This document shows, in pieces, positions 35,544-50,300 of a stretch of DNA of 64,000 nucleotides (its first letter is position 1; the number at the start of each line of letters is the position of its first letter). The stretch comes from Tubiluchus corallicola (Eukaryota; Animalia; Priapulida), in NCBI GenBank assembly GCA_030141605.1, contig JAQGDQ010000011.1, positions 430,066 to 494,065 on the forward strand. The letters are read 5' to 3'. The notes under the pieces were generated by a model. The model was not told the DNA's origin. It did no database searches and saw only the letters and a list, made by a program, of their open reading frames with translations. Made by a program: the position numbers and the translations under genes.

Positions 35544-38500
35544 CCACCATTATCATCATCATAACCATTTTTGATGGTTCTGAGACAGTAAAGGAAGGAC
35601 TTTTTTAAAATTGATACTTATATAATACTTTAAGGACCTGTCTGATGTCAACCTATCAACGTTAGATAATGCTGCAGCGACACCCAGAATCCACTTTATT
35701 TTATTAGCAAGAAAGAGCATAATTTTAAAGTGCACTTACTAGTTCTACACGTCCAAAGCCACCAACACCAAGAGTTCCCACAATGGTCAAGTCCATCAGC
35801 TTGAGCTTGGCAAATTCATCTGGCAGCCTATTCAGAGAATACATCATCTTACTTTGTTAATTTATTTAATTAGTGCTCGAATTAATTAACGAATTAAAGC
35901 AATTTCGAATTACGCATATTACAAACATTGAACGACGCACATTGGAATGTAATGGTTTTAATGCTGTTGCCAAAATAAGCGCTTTGTCAAGAATCGAACT
36001 CGTATTCAGAAAAGCCACTTATCAGTTATTGCTAGATTTTGCCAAAATTAATAATGTGTATTCACACTAATTATGGAATTGCACTCGGGGAAAAAACCAA
36101 TCAGCTAATGTAATGGGCATTAATGTTTATCTTTGCGAGTTATTAATTTCAGTCTGGCTGCAATTGTTCATGTCTTGATTATTATAGAAGTAAAATGATC
36201 CACAGTTTCATATCCTGACATAATAACCGATTACACAAAACCGCAGTTTTGCGTATTGTGAATACACTAATTATGATTGCACTTGTTTTATAGAAAGATG
36301 TCCATAATTCCTGCCACACTGTGCTTGATGTTACTGCAGCCGAAATAAATTTTAAACTGAACAGCAAAAAAGGAAAAAACAAACATAAAAAACTGCTGAA
36401 AATTATTTGTTACCGCTGTCGAAGATAGGCCTTATTGTCAGGGCCGTCTTAACAGCATTATAGGCCCCAAGGCAAAGCAGGAATAAAAATGTAAATGGCA
36501 GATAAAATTAAACATATATTTATTGTATTGGTACTTCCAACAAAATCAGTGTTAACCCCCCCCCCCGTGATTAAAAACACCCTGTACAGAAAAGGTTAAT
36601 CAACACAAAGGTTTTGACAATATAACATGAGCATAACATTTATTTATTGACAGCCCAGGGCGTGCCCATCCGTTAAGAAGGCCCTGCATATTGTCATGAC
36701 AGGGAGTCGCGTTTATTAAGCTGACATGGCACAGCATTTGTCTCTTTTTAGTGAAAATATCTGCAATAACATTAATTTAGGTAAAAATAGTCTAGAATTG
36801 GCAATATATAACCATACGATGTGAGTAACATTTAAGTTTTAGATCACAATCCTGTCTAATGGTAAATTTGTGGTAGAAATGAACACGATTTATAAATAAT
36901 TTGATATATTTATTTTTGGAATACACGAATTCAGATTGACAAGTACAAAATGAGAAACCGAGCACAATTCCGCCTCTGTCTCATTTTTACTAATGGTTGT
37001 ATACCTCACTTCTTCTTCAGACTCAGCTTCTGTGCGCTCATACTGATGGTTTTTCACAGCTTCAATGTTAGATATGAGTAAGTTAAACGCACTGAAATAA
37101 CAACAACAAACCATGCGAGACAATGGATTAACAACACAGATGATAACCATTCGTGCACGGATTAGACAGTCCAAATTATTAATGTCGAAAAACAATGAAC
37201 TTGCAGTCAGGTTTTGCATGTCAATGCTAACTATGTAGGTAAAACTACAAGACATCTGCAAGTAGCAGCATGTAATCATTTGGGGATTTCTTCAAAGAAC
37301 TGGGAAAAAAATTCCTCAGATTGCCAACTTTAATTTAATAATTATTTGTAATCATAATTTCAAAATCACCAATTAATGAGATATATTGAGCTTGTAAACT
37401 AAAAATCCCTGGTTAAACCTAATCACACCGTTTTTTACATTTCTTTTTCAGAGTTAAAGTACGCCGGCTTACACGTAATCTTAAATAACGGTATCGAATG
37501 AGAGTACGTCTATTCAGTTACTTTCAATCGCCAAATGTTCTCAAAACAGTTAAGGTAGTTAAGTTTTATAACCTTATCTTTGTTCTTTAAAGCACAGGAA
37601 AACCCTCCACTTACGTAAAGCTGAAACAATCTATTTTTAAATTTTACACAACTTACATGATGTCTTTTTGCAAACAGGGTTTGCGTCGTCAGTAACGCCG
37701 TATAAAACATATAAATTCAAACTCCCACAATGACGGTTAGACGCAGCCATTTTGACGGTAAGTCAATTGAAACAAGTTTACATAACACTTAGTAAAGTTT
37801 GAAAAAATAAACAGAGCAATCATAGCGCACACGTCTCTAACTACGTAAAATTTTAAATTACTCTACCTTGTCAATAAGAATAAAAACACGTTTTTTCTGT
37901 TAGTGGGTGGGGCACCCTGGAGGTGAGTCAACGACATGTTACCAATATGTGAAAACATTTTTAATAATTAGTAAATTTCTTCTCTAGTTAATTAAGTTTT
38001 TTAAGCAGGTAAGCGAAATGATAAGTAATATAACTTTGCATGGAAAGGTTTTTGGGACATACTTTAACATTTCCTTTTCCTCTTCCTCTTTCCTGATTTA
38101 TGTTGTGCATATATGACGTCATGTAATAGGCGGGTCGGCAACAGTATTGCGGGAGATTTAAAATGAAAACAAACAAAAAATCCTTTCACCGCGAGTTTGA
38201 TATACTCATAAAATTGTTATAAAGTAACATAATATTTTAAGGCGATTTATCTGAAACCTACTTCGGGTACCCCTGTTCTTGTCCTTTAAATTTATAACAG
38301 CAAACGCTTAATTGCTCATTCATATATAAGTTTTATTATTTAGAGAGGGAAATTCTCGGAAAAGTTGATAGTTAGAAAAATGCGCGCATTTATCTTACAT
38401 TATAAATGTGGAATAGAGGGCGCCACAATCGTTTGCATGCATGTATCGACACGTGTCATGCGGGTCACGTGAACAAAGGTCATCCCGACCAGGCCTGATT

Positions 38501-41294
38501 ACTCACCGATAGCGTACTAGCAGCGGCGAGACAGGGATATCGTTCAAGTCCCCATTGAGGTCATAGGTTATATCCTGATAGGAACTGTCAACGAAAATCA
38601 GAATTCGCTACTTCATATCCATTCAAGTTTATTGACAACTAATTACTAATTTCTGTTGGCAATTATTGATGATATTCAGTATTTGTTTTACATAATTGAC
38701 AAGTTCAAAAAGAAAAAAAATAAGAATAATGAAAGATTGGGACCTGAGCATATGCTTTCAGTTTTTGGTTTCTTGACTGTCTACTACTACTACTACTACA
38801 TAATTTATAAGATAAGAAATGAAGTAAGTCTTATTTCAAACTGATAAAAAAAATAATAAATGTTATTTTGAGAGCAACAAACACAATACGTGACTGCACA
38901 TTTTGTTCTGCATGTAACAGAAAACCAGTCTTTACTTAAACGACGTTCTACAAGGATTTACCATTGGTCCTGAGTTATTTTTAAAACAAATTGATTTTGC
39001 TTTTCATACTCACTCTCTGTCTAGGCACAAACAGGTGACCCCTTCAGGGTCATTTGCTATGATATTAGCCGTCCTGATTTCATCTCTGAAAATGAGGAAA
39101 CAAAAAATATTTCAGTTATGAGTGGAACGTGTTTTCCAGGAAATTTCTGAAACGTCTCAACATAGACGTGTTTTATTGCTCCTGTCTTATTATTAATTTA
39201 ACAGTTGGAGTAATATTAGATGCTGAGTAATAAAGGGGATTCATAAACCTGCGTTGGGCAATTTATTGTCCCCATTGCACCCTGTATTAACGTGTTGTTG
39301 CGTGAGAAAAAAATATAGCAAAATAAGCTTATCAGGTTAAAGGCTCTGGGGATGCTGAAATGGCTAATGTAGCGGTTCTGTGTGAGATATTCTTCACTTT
39401 AAGAGAAAGATGCCGCAGTTAAGCGGACTGACATGCAGTTAAGCTTCCAATCTTGTTCCTACTGCACAAAAACGCAGTATGCTATTGCAAGATTGGTTGG
39501 ATAAAAAACAATGAAAAGAAACATTACTTAGTTAAATCAGTGACTTATCTCCTATCCTTTAACTTAACTTTTATTGCCCTTGTCCTGTGGTGTTTTACAG
39601 GTTTTTAATAAACATTACTGGGATCTCGCACACAAAAAATGAAGGTAGCAGGATTATTGCAATGCCATCTAATGTTAAATTCAACGAAATAATAATGAAA
39701 AGATGAATACTAGTGTAACTGTGTTAGGTAAATGTGTCTTACCCTTGCAAGGCACGTTCTCCGAAGAAATCTCCTTTCTTCAAAGTTCTAATGAACGTCT
39801 CCTCGTCGGGACGGTGAGCTCCTGAGGAGCGATTGGTCACCTTGACCTGTCAGGTAAGAAAATTGGAAAACTAAAAAACGTGTGTTTTCTACGCTAAGTG
39901 GATCAACTTTTTACCATGTATTTATATCGAACTAAACATGCAGAACGCAGTTTCGAACTAATGTAAAGGGTGACACGTAATCTTTGCTGGGGGGGGGGGG
40001 GGGGCACAAAACAACGAATAATAGCACAGAACAGTTTACCACATCGAAATGTTGTTCAGACAATGGCGAATGTATCATTTATCAACAAATCTATCAAAAT
40101 CTAGTATCACAGCCTCATGCGTCTCACACAGCTTCAATGTTGAGGGGTATGATTGGAGCAGTGACCCTCGTACGTCTCGCATAGCTTCAATGTTGAGGGG
40201 TATGATTGGAGCAGTGGCCCTCGTACGTCTCGCATAGTTTCAATGTTGAGGGGTATGATTGGAGCAATGACTCGAATAACTCAAGATCCTCCAACACATC
40301 CTGCGGATATCTCACAAGCTTATCTAGCGAATGCTGATCAATGGCTTGTTTTTATCATCTTAGCGTCCATTCTGTCTTTCAGGAAAGTTCCAGTGTGTTT
40401 GGCGGGATTAAGGTCCCGGTGTATTTCCAGGCCACTCAGTTAAATCGAAAAAAATGATTCCAGAGTTTTCCGGTCGCTGCATGGATCATATACACTGTAC
40501 TCATCGAGATTGCAGATTGCAAACTAAATTCTGAGGGCAATTTCTATTATTCTAACCATTCTTTGATGTAATAAATTGCTCTGTGTTGTTATTTACTGTT
40601 TCTCTACTCCATAGCAGAAGGTTATGTACTATCCTGCATATTGTGTGAGGGCCTTTTTCACAATGGATGATTGTATACTGACTTGAAAGTACTTTGAGCA
40701 TGTGATGGACAAAGTAAATGACACAGAAACCTTTTGAAACCACTTCTGACACAAACTGCCTCAGCATAAAGAATAAAGCCTCTTTATTTGTTTCTGACTT
40801 GGATCGATGTCAAAGTGCTTCACTCTAGAGCTCTTTTTGAGGAATGAAAAAGGGGAAGGTTTTTTCCCGACAGCCTAAAGCTCAACTGACGTTTCCTGTA
40901 TTAGTAGGAAAGGGCAAAACATTCACTCCTCAAGTTTATCGTTTATACCGAGCAGTAAATTACACAACCGAGTTCTGAATAACTCAGTTTAGTGCCTTGT
41001 TGGCATGTAAACAACGAAAAAAATCAAAAGATTTATATAACACCAAGTGCGGGGCATCACAAGTGATGTGTTACGGATAACAAGGGCTAAGGAGAGGGCC
41101 CAAATGTTTGTAAATTATGTTAAGATAAAAAACTGTTTATTGCTGTTGACGCTGTCACTGCTGTTTCTCTTGCTGTTGCTGTTACTGAAGTTGTTGTTGC
41201 TGTTGCTTCTATTGTTAACGTTATTGTTTGTTATGGTTGTAGTAATAGTAGTAGCAACAGCACTAGCAGTGGCAGCAGTAGCAGCAGCATCAGT

Positions 41295-41340
<46 letters not shown>

Positions 41341-44300
41341 ACAGCAGCAGCAGCAGGAACAGCAGGAGCAGCAACAGCAGCAGCAGGTGTTGGTGCTGGT
41401 GCTGCCGCCAATACTGCTTCTATAGTTGATGTTGCTAGTTGTCTTGTTGTCATCATTGTTATTGTTGTTGCCATTCTTGTTGTCGTCAACCATTGCCATC
41501 TTTAGTGTTAATGTTGTTGTTGTTGTTGCTGCTGCTGCTGTTGTTTTTGCTGTCATAGTGTCACGGTAATCATTTTGTTGCAACAGTAAAAATCTTAAAT
41601 ATCTTCACTTATAACGTGCACAATGATTGAGCTTTTTCATTTCAGAGAAAGAGAAACTGATTATTTACCTTCCCCCTGGCAATGATATAGAATGTATCAC
41701 CACGAGCACCTTGCCTGATTATGTACTGTTGGTCTTTGTAAGACACCTGTAAAATATAATAATTTATCTAAGTCCTGGGCTACAATTATCACAATCATCG
41801 TCATCGTTATCGTTATCGTCATCATTATCATTATCATCAACATCGTCGTCATCATCGTCATCATCATCACAATAAATATGGTCATCGTCGTTGTTGTCTT
41901 TGTGTTTTGCCAAACTCAAGAAACACGAAGCAAATTAACAAAACTAAAGGAAGTTGCAAGACTTCTAACTACACGCAGAAAATATGATTTCAGTAGTACA
42001 ATTACATTATAACCGTTTCCAAGAAATAGTAATTTTAATCTCTTTGCAGTGAAACTTTATTATAGCAGCGATGGAAATTCATGGAATGGATTTTTAAAAC
42101 CTATCTCAATATAATCGTGAGCATGAAGAAGCAAGCCGCCATAACGTCTTTTAACAATCCCAACAGAATAGAAAAACTGCGTTCCATTAACTTCCCGTCG
42201 TCTTATTGAGTGTGGGAGGTGAAAGAGTTAGAGAACAAAGAACTTTGTTTATTTAGCTATAGGATGAGAGTTGATATTAAAAGCTGCCAAAAGTAAAGAT
42301 GTATATGGTTATTATTGTTGCTTATGACTTATGCTCAATGTCATGTTTGCATTAAAGCACAAGAAAACACTCTTCATAAAAAAACTTAAAGATTTATTTT
42401 GAAACTTTGTATCATTTACAGGCTGTCTGCATACAGAGCTTGTATTAGCAGTAACAGTATATAAAAATTGTAAATTTAAGCTCCCGTCATGACCGTTAGG
42501 CGCAACCATTTTAAGGATAAGTCGTTTGAACGTGTTTAGATAACGTTGTGCAAAGTTTGAAAAAATAATCAGAGATTTCATTCGTAATTATTCTTTGCTA
42601 ACTAAGCAAAAGTTTAAATTGCTTTGTATCGTTAATAAGATCAATAATGTGTTTTTTTGTGAATCAGTGGTGCACACTGTGATGGCGATGGTGTGCCGTT
42701 TCGCCAGGTGGCACGATCGTTTTTTATTAAGTCTTTCAAGCATCTAGCCTTAACGCTATGTAATATAACTTTGCATGGAAAGTTTTTTGGGATATACGTT
42801 AAAATTCCCCTTTCTTGCTCTTTAATCTTGGTCGTTTAAATGTGCTCATTTCAGGCTACCTGCACTTCTCCAGCAGCTATAAGTAGGCGGGTTCAAATTC
42901 TACTTATGCCGAAAATATTTTCTGCTTTAAAACGTACCTTATTGTACGCTAAAACAAAAACATTCTAGAGAATGAACTATATTTCTTTGCAATATGTATT
43001 TAGTAGGAATTTGTTGCTCACTGCCTGCTTTATGTAATTAGTGGCTAATAAAGAACCATAGTTAACGCTGTAAATGTAATTACTTTTTAAACTGTCGGAC
43101 AGCAAGTCAGGCATATAGACATGGTCGGGTTATGACCTTTTGGGGCACCTAGGTTAATGAAATTATGGTCCTCTTTCAGAAGGTGCCACCCTCTTACTCG
43201 CCGATACCCGTCTTGGATATTTTTTACGATATATTTTACCGACGTTTACATAGCTTGAAGTAAACTTATTGCAACTTCTTTAAATAAACTAGAATAGCTA
43301 TCTTTTGTTGGTCAATATTCTTTAAGAAATACCACTATTTTACTATTTATTGCAAAACAAATTAGCACATGTTTCAGGACAACCGTAGTGGAAAAACTGA
43401 TATTTTACCGAATGTTATCAAAGCTTGAAACCCCCAAACTTGATGGGCCCTAGGATATAGCCTGTCTTAGCCTATAGGATAGTCCGGCCCTATAGAGTTT
43501 TATTTATTTAAGTTAACAAATTATTTTTACAAATTTTTAGAGTAATACGGATATAGTGGGCTAGTTAAATAAATATGTCATATGTCATATCTAAAAACTA
43601 TATATTACAAGAAAATGATAAATGTATTCACCTCTTCGAGTACATCAGCAATTTTTGCCAGCGTGTCATCTGGAAGTGACGCAAAGGCAGGAACACTGAA
43701 ACAAAAAATATTTCAAAGATCAAATAAATTAAATAATAATATTGAATGTCATCATTATTCAAGCAAACTAATCAACAATCGAGCCGTGAATGTTCATGAA
43801 ATTCATTACGAAAAAGCGAGGGTTCAGAGCGTGCCCTCAATAAATTCGTCCACACTAACTTCATAACCATTTTATATCTATACATTATGCGTTATAAATA
43901 AATTACGAAAACACAATAAAAATCAGTGACATTAAAAAATGTAAAAATGTAAAAAACTGATTTAGGTTTTTGCTCTTTGACCAGAAGAAAAAGCTTGAAG
44001 AGATGATATCCTTAATAGTAAGATAGAAATCTGTAGTTCGAAACCCGCACTTAACAAAGTTTTTAACCGTATTTCCACTCTAAGACGCATAGAGTTTACA
44101 AGATTCCCAACATTAATATTAAACTCTAACAAAAGATTCAGACTTCGTAGCGGTAGGAGGTGTTTAAATACATCTTACTTAGTTGCAGATGGATATTGAA
44201 AGTTATAGGTTACAGCTTTTATTCCTTATAATTCTCATATCCTAGTCCACTTTTACAGTGATTAAACGTGGGCTCTTGTACTTAAATGTCAGACATGCAG

Positions 44301-47300
44301 GTTTTTAAAGGTTAGACGAATAAAATAATTGCAATATGTGTAATTTGTATGGCGACTAAGAGTGTGGGGGAAAAAGAAGGTAGAAGCGTAAATATCAGAC
44401 TGTTACCTCGTTTGAATTCTTAGGCACGCGCTACTTAAACAACTTGTTTTAGCATTTAAACAGAAAACTGAACCCATTTATTTGCTAATTTATACCTTAC
44501 TTTATCATAGTCATTAAATACTTGCTGTACATCAAATAATTTCTTTAAATTCTAGCTAAGAGCTGCAATAAAAGGAACATAGTAATTCTCTTTAATATTT
44601 TTCCACTTAAAAGGAAGACAAATACGAAAGAAAACATTTCCGCTAACTTTTTATTACCCAGAGAACTAAGAAAAATGTCCGCTCAAAGTCCTATGGGAGA
44701 TGTTACTATTAATTTCTTTCTAGTTCCCTATTAGAAGCAGCAGTAAATACAACGCAATAGTTGAAATCATAGCCCCATTAGCAATAGGGTTTACCCATTA
44801 CTTAACGTCAAGTCACGTGACCTGGCTAGTGACGTCAATTTGACATTGATTCTTAGAGATTTAAAGCCATGATTTCTTAAAATTACTATTACTCGCCTTT
44901 AAATAGGTAACAAATCTGTCGCAGTATGACGGAGCATTGTGCCTAAAGCAGCTGATTTAGCGGGGAAACTTGAATTTCTCCGAAAAATGAAACAATAAAA
45001 TATGTGTTTGACAGTATCATTAAATCCTTTCACAGTTAATTCTACTTCAGTCACTTCACGACTTTCGCCAAGAGTTGTCAATCAAACCAGATGAGGTGTT
45101 ACAGTCCTCAGCAGAGACCGAGACCCCATGCTTTTAGCTTTTATGGCAATAACACGAATAATTTATATATGTATCTATGGTCGTCTCCACCAGACATGAA
45201 TATGAGGACGAAAGGTTAAAAGTCAAATTCATATGTCAGCATGGAAAATGCATTTAGAGGGCTGACATTACTTTCAGCTGGCCAACATTGCCCTGATTTA
45301 GACAACATAGAGTGCACAAGTAACATGGCCGCATTTACACTGAATTGAGTCACACAAACCATTCATTTGCATTACGGTAAAACAGACAAATCCAAAGATT
45401 TGTCTGCTAAGCCTGTACATAAAATACTAGTAATAATATAAGGTAAATCATTAAAGAAATGTAAATGTGGCCGACATTATCTTAATATACTATATAACAC
45501 ACTAATGCTTGTATACGGATTTTTTGTAGACATTTGGCTTTGACCTTTGACCTTTTGATCTTATAGTAATGCTAGACGGAAAAGACATATAAAAGCAGGC
45601 GAACTACAAGACTTGGCGAAATTAGATCTTCATATTCGTTTTACACAAACAATCATCGAAGGTGAATAATCTCTCCAAGTTTTTCTGGTATTTAGCACCA
45701 TAATAAGATATTTTACTTTTTTTGCAGTCATAATTATTAATTCCACTTATGAGTGACTGAATGAATGCAGCAGTTTTATCTGAGTATTGAACTTCCTACT
45801 TATATTCGGGTTACGTTTGTCATGGAGTAGGTGTGTAGACATTTAACATTGGATGCCAGACAATTGATAACATTTATAAGGCCTACTAACCTGGAGGGAG
45901 ACCGGTCGTCTGGAATTTAAAAATAGGCCGCCTTATAACTAGGCCAGTTGTTTATAGGATTAAAATGCTTTATTACTAAGTTTAAGCAATTAATAATAAA
46001 GAAAATTATTCACAAAAAAAACTGACTATACCACGTAAAAACCATGTTTGCTTCAGTAAAGTCTAGAGTATACAATCAAGAGTTGTAATGTGATTTATCG
46101 ACTAGAACGCTCGATATCTCTAAAGATTATTTTATAGCGAAATAAGTAATTTTACCTGATTATTTAAAGAACATCGGAGGGCACTGTTTAATCGGGACAT
46201 CAACTGTGTCATTGTACGACATTTTTATAATGAGCACAGCCTCATATTATGGGGCATAAACTCTTCTTGGAAAAATTGTACCAGGAATCATGCTAAATCT
46301 TTGCCAAAAGCTCCTACCGCTGTCATATTAATAGGAAAGTGCAAAGACGGTTGACAGAGAGGTTAGGGAAAGACACATTTGACAGAAGGAGTAGGAAAAC
46401 CTTCGGAACTCCTCTTCTGCTACTTAAAATGTTCCTGTGATTGGGAATCGTCATTGTAAATTTATTTGGAAGAAAGCAACTTGAATTGAATTTCGTTGAA
46501 TTTGGCGTCAACAATATTAAGCTAAGATTGGGCATATTATACTTTTGGCTACGTATTTTTGAAAAGGACGTCTACTGACGTATATAAAATGCAAAAAGAT
46601 TTAGTAAATATAACTCTAGATCTCAGAGATGATGCATCGTGGGTGGTAGTGGTGAACAGGAATGCATTGCATCAACAGGTGGGGAGTGCCATGTTTTCCA
46701 ATGTAGAAGCACTGAAATTATGATAATCAATGTCAAATATTGATATAAAAAACACTACATTTTACTGCAACAAGCGTGGTTATTTATTTATTTATGTAGT
46801 ATAATTCAGAAACCACTAACCTTTTGAGGAACTGAATGTACTCTGTTTCTCGTATCAGGCCTGACCGCATCATAACAGTCTGAAAACACGACCTGTCTAT
46901 TTTCCATAGTTTACAGTTGGTTATTGCTGAAATGACAAAGAAAGTTGTTAAACTAGGTTTCTGATTTTCTGTCAGACTGGCTTAAGATGTCAGCAAAAGA
47001 ATAGCCTTAGAAGTCACTGATTGTGAGATGTACATTAATTTACTGTCACTACGTAAATATTTAGTAGGTAAAACCAAAATCGTGTTTTTGTTAATTTTTT
47101 AATATTAATTTTACTACAGATATATAATTACCATAGTACAGCCAATAAAACAGTGCAAGCGCACAATACTATCACGACATTGGATACTCGTCTGTTTTGT
47201 AAGTATCTTTCGTACGCGTTTGTGGTTTCTTACACTGAAATAGATGATGATGATGAATCTTTATTCATATGTTCGTAAATGAGCCTCTAGATGCAGACAA

Positions 47301-50300
47301 AGTTGAACTTAATTATAAGTACACACATAAGTACACATTATTACACTGTGACCTCGTAAGCCAAGAAACGTGACCAACTACCAGTTTAGCAGCTCGCACC
47401 ATTTCCGACGCCTACATAATAAAAAAGGAATTTTTACTTGACTAACATAAGAGAAAATCGTCCTTTTGTTGCTGTTTGTATTGTCGAAACGTTGCCAATG
47501 AATCTTCCACACGTTCTTAGATTTTCGGGCACTCTTTGCAGACAGCTGGACATTGGTCAAAGTGTAAAAGAGTCTGTTCATCTGACGTCTGCATTAGTTT
47601 CATTGCATGAACTTATGAACCTAGCATGAATTTATTATGAAGCCAACTGCTTGTATGCGTCAAAGAGCGTCGTATATCCTATCTGAAATGATCTTTACCG
47701 GCTAAGGCCAATGGGGATTGCAGTGTCGTCATCCTGCATTATTTGAGAGATGTATGACAGCAGCATTTTACAGTCAGGAGCTCAAGACGTCCCTTGCCAG
47801 ACTTTGATGACGAATGCCAAATGGCTTCTTATTATGTCATTTGCGAAAATATCAGCCATTCATGAGTGACGCCAGAGACATTCACATAATTCAGATGTAT
47901 TGTATTAAAATCATACGTAATACACAGAAATCATAGCTCACTTATTGAAGCACCGCAGAACACCGTGAACAGTAAATACTGCATACATGGAAATGAAAAA
48001 GTCCTTCGTGGGATTAGGTCGTTCTCGGAACCAAGTTAGTAAAAATAAAAATCTTCAGGGTCATTCGTCGTTGGGAACTTTACCACCAAGTCGAAGGTCG
48101 TTTTAAGGTGCCAGATGGCTTGAATGGAGTAAGCACTTGAACAAATGCGCATTTTGGGAGACTACGTATCATACGTCTTGCGATTATTACAGCTGTAAAG
48201 GTTGTGAGCTAATATTTGTCCTGGGTTGTATGGCAAAGTGGTCTAGATCTCGAAAAGCAACCAGACAGTCTTGAGTTCAAGTCTAGCCGGTGCCAACGCC
48301 AGGGCATATACCCATCATATTATTCGTTATTTGCAGTCGCTAAATAGCCATTAGTGCCAATGTTGTTTGTTAATGGAAAACCGAATGATTGTGTAAACAT
48401 TAGTTCAGAATAAAGAATGCTCTAAAATATTGAAAACTACAATAGCTTTTTTTAAAACAAAGCTTATTTTAAATAATGATTACCTCGGATACTCAAATTT
48501 CGTTAAACTTTCAAATTTACGCGCGGCTCAGTGAATCTACTAAGATTGGCAGTGTCTTCTTTTTGTTACATTCGAGTGGCCGACAAATTACAAGGCAGTA
48601 CCGTGATAAGCATGATCATGAACTGCAGTGTTAGTCTCTGGCGTCATATGACGTAGATCCCCTTTTCGTGACAACACGCGTTTAAGCAGTAACAGTTACG
48701 CAAACGTGCTTGACGCACAAGGGAAGATGCCTGCCATTGCACAAACTGTGGTTAGTTTCTGACGTAAGCAATAGGTGTTCGGTTGCCGTTAATTAACTTT
48801 TATAGGTAAGAAAATGTATATTTTAGACAGTAAATAAAAATGAGATTGTTTCTAAACAATCGTCCTGTCTTCCTTTAAACGAGCGAAGGTAAATAAATGT
48901 TTCTTTGTTTTTCAATAAGTAGAAAAATGACCTTCACTCACAAAGTCGGGTATGCTAAGTGCGCGGGACTGCGACTATTTTCTGAAACTGCGTGTTGTGC
49001 AAGTTTCTCTGGCTAGATGAGCAGTTGTGCTTGCCCAGTGAACGAAGTTATGCAACGTCAAGTCAGGTCAATGCATGAAAGGGTGCGTCAAGTACTAGTT
49101 CTGAGGGGTTCCATCTGCGGAACTATCCATGGACATTTTACTGTATAAGCAAAGACGTATATACGTGACCAAAGACGCCTGAGTCCAGTGTCTCAAGTCT
49201 GTCGTTTTAGAGGATTAGCTTTGATAATGCGTACGTTGAGGTCCCGCCACAAGTATGTACATTGAATAGGGCCCTGTTGTTGAGTTCTGGACCCCAGCTT
49301 AAAAAACGCAAGCTGTTTAAGAAGACTAAGCCAGCATCTGTCTGAAATCACCATGACGCGCGTGCCATCAAGATGTTCTCTAATAAAAAGCGTGTAAATG
49401 CGGGCCGGGATTGCCCCTGTTTACATAGCCCAAAGAAATAGACGCCAGAAGCAATGGCTGTACAGAATTAAAAGAACGGTGAAGCTGTTTTAGTTAACTT
49501 CTGACCAAAGCCTTGAGCTGTTAACAGCAGGCAGTTTTGTTTATACTTTCGCTAAGGTAACGTGATCATCGCCTCAGCTAGAAGCTGGGACTACTGGATT
49601 TAGCTTGCAAGCCGTATCACAATAAACATGGCGTCGATACATCAACAGTATTCGGTAACCAATTAAAGTAAATAAAAGGTTGAGGAAACAGTGCATCAAT
49701 GATGAAAAAATAGAGTCCTGTTGATGGGCAAGTGGACAAATGCCACCAGACTGAATCACCAGAAAAATGTGCTAGATAAAGTGGACAAAATGTCACCAGG
49801 CTCAACCACTAGAAACTCAGCGAAATAAATCTGGTGGTGGAAAAAGGCGAACAAATGCTACCAGGCTCAGCAACCAAAAGAAAACGTTTCCTTGGTGATG
49901 AGTAAAACTTGTTGCTAAGATGTCAACTACCAGAAAATAATATACCTGGTGCTGGATAATGTGGACAAATTGTCATCAAGCTCAATTACTAGAAATTCTA
50001 TCAAATAAATCTGGTGTTAAAAGTTATGCCGAAAAAGAAACATTAAAGAAGAACTTTAATAATGATGTTTGATGATGATACGAATGTCGTGAATTGATTC
50101 ACGAGTTTATGTTATGAACTTTGTAAACTCTTTGCAGTAACATTATAGCTGGCTATGCTACAGTGCCCAAATGTAACCATTTTCTCACCTGACTGGTTTC
50201 TGTTGCATTGTTCGAGGACAATCAGCTGCATCTGGTTTGAGCTTTACAGTTTAATCAAGTTATTCACAACGTAGTGTACACGGAAAAGCAATCAATAATA

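Noticed and set aside
41047-41583. ORFs of 97-152 aa rich in Ala/Leu/Cys
   Set aside because: Microsatellite read-through inside a PKG intron.
48222-48300. Possible tRNA gene
   Set aside because: A/B-box-like motifs only; stems do not form a cloverleaf, so a SINE head is more likely. A similar B-box lies near 410.
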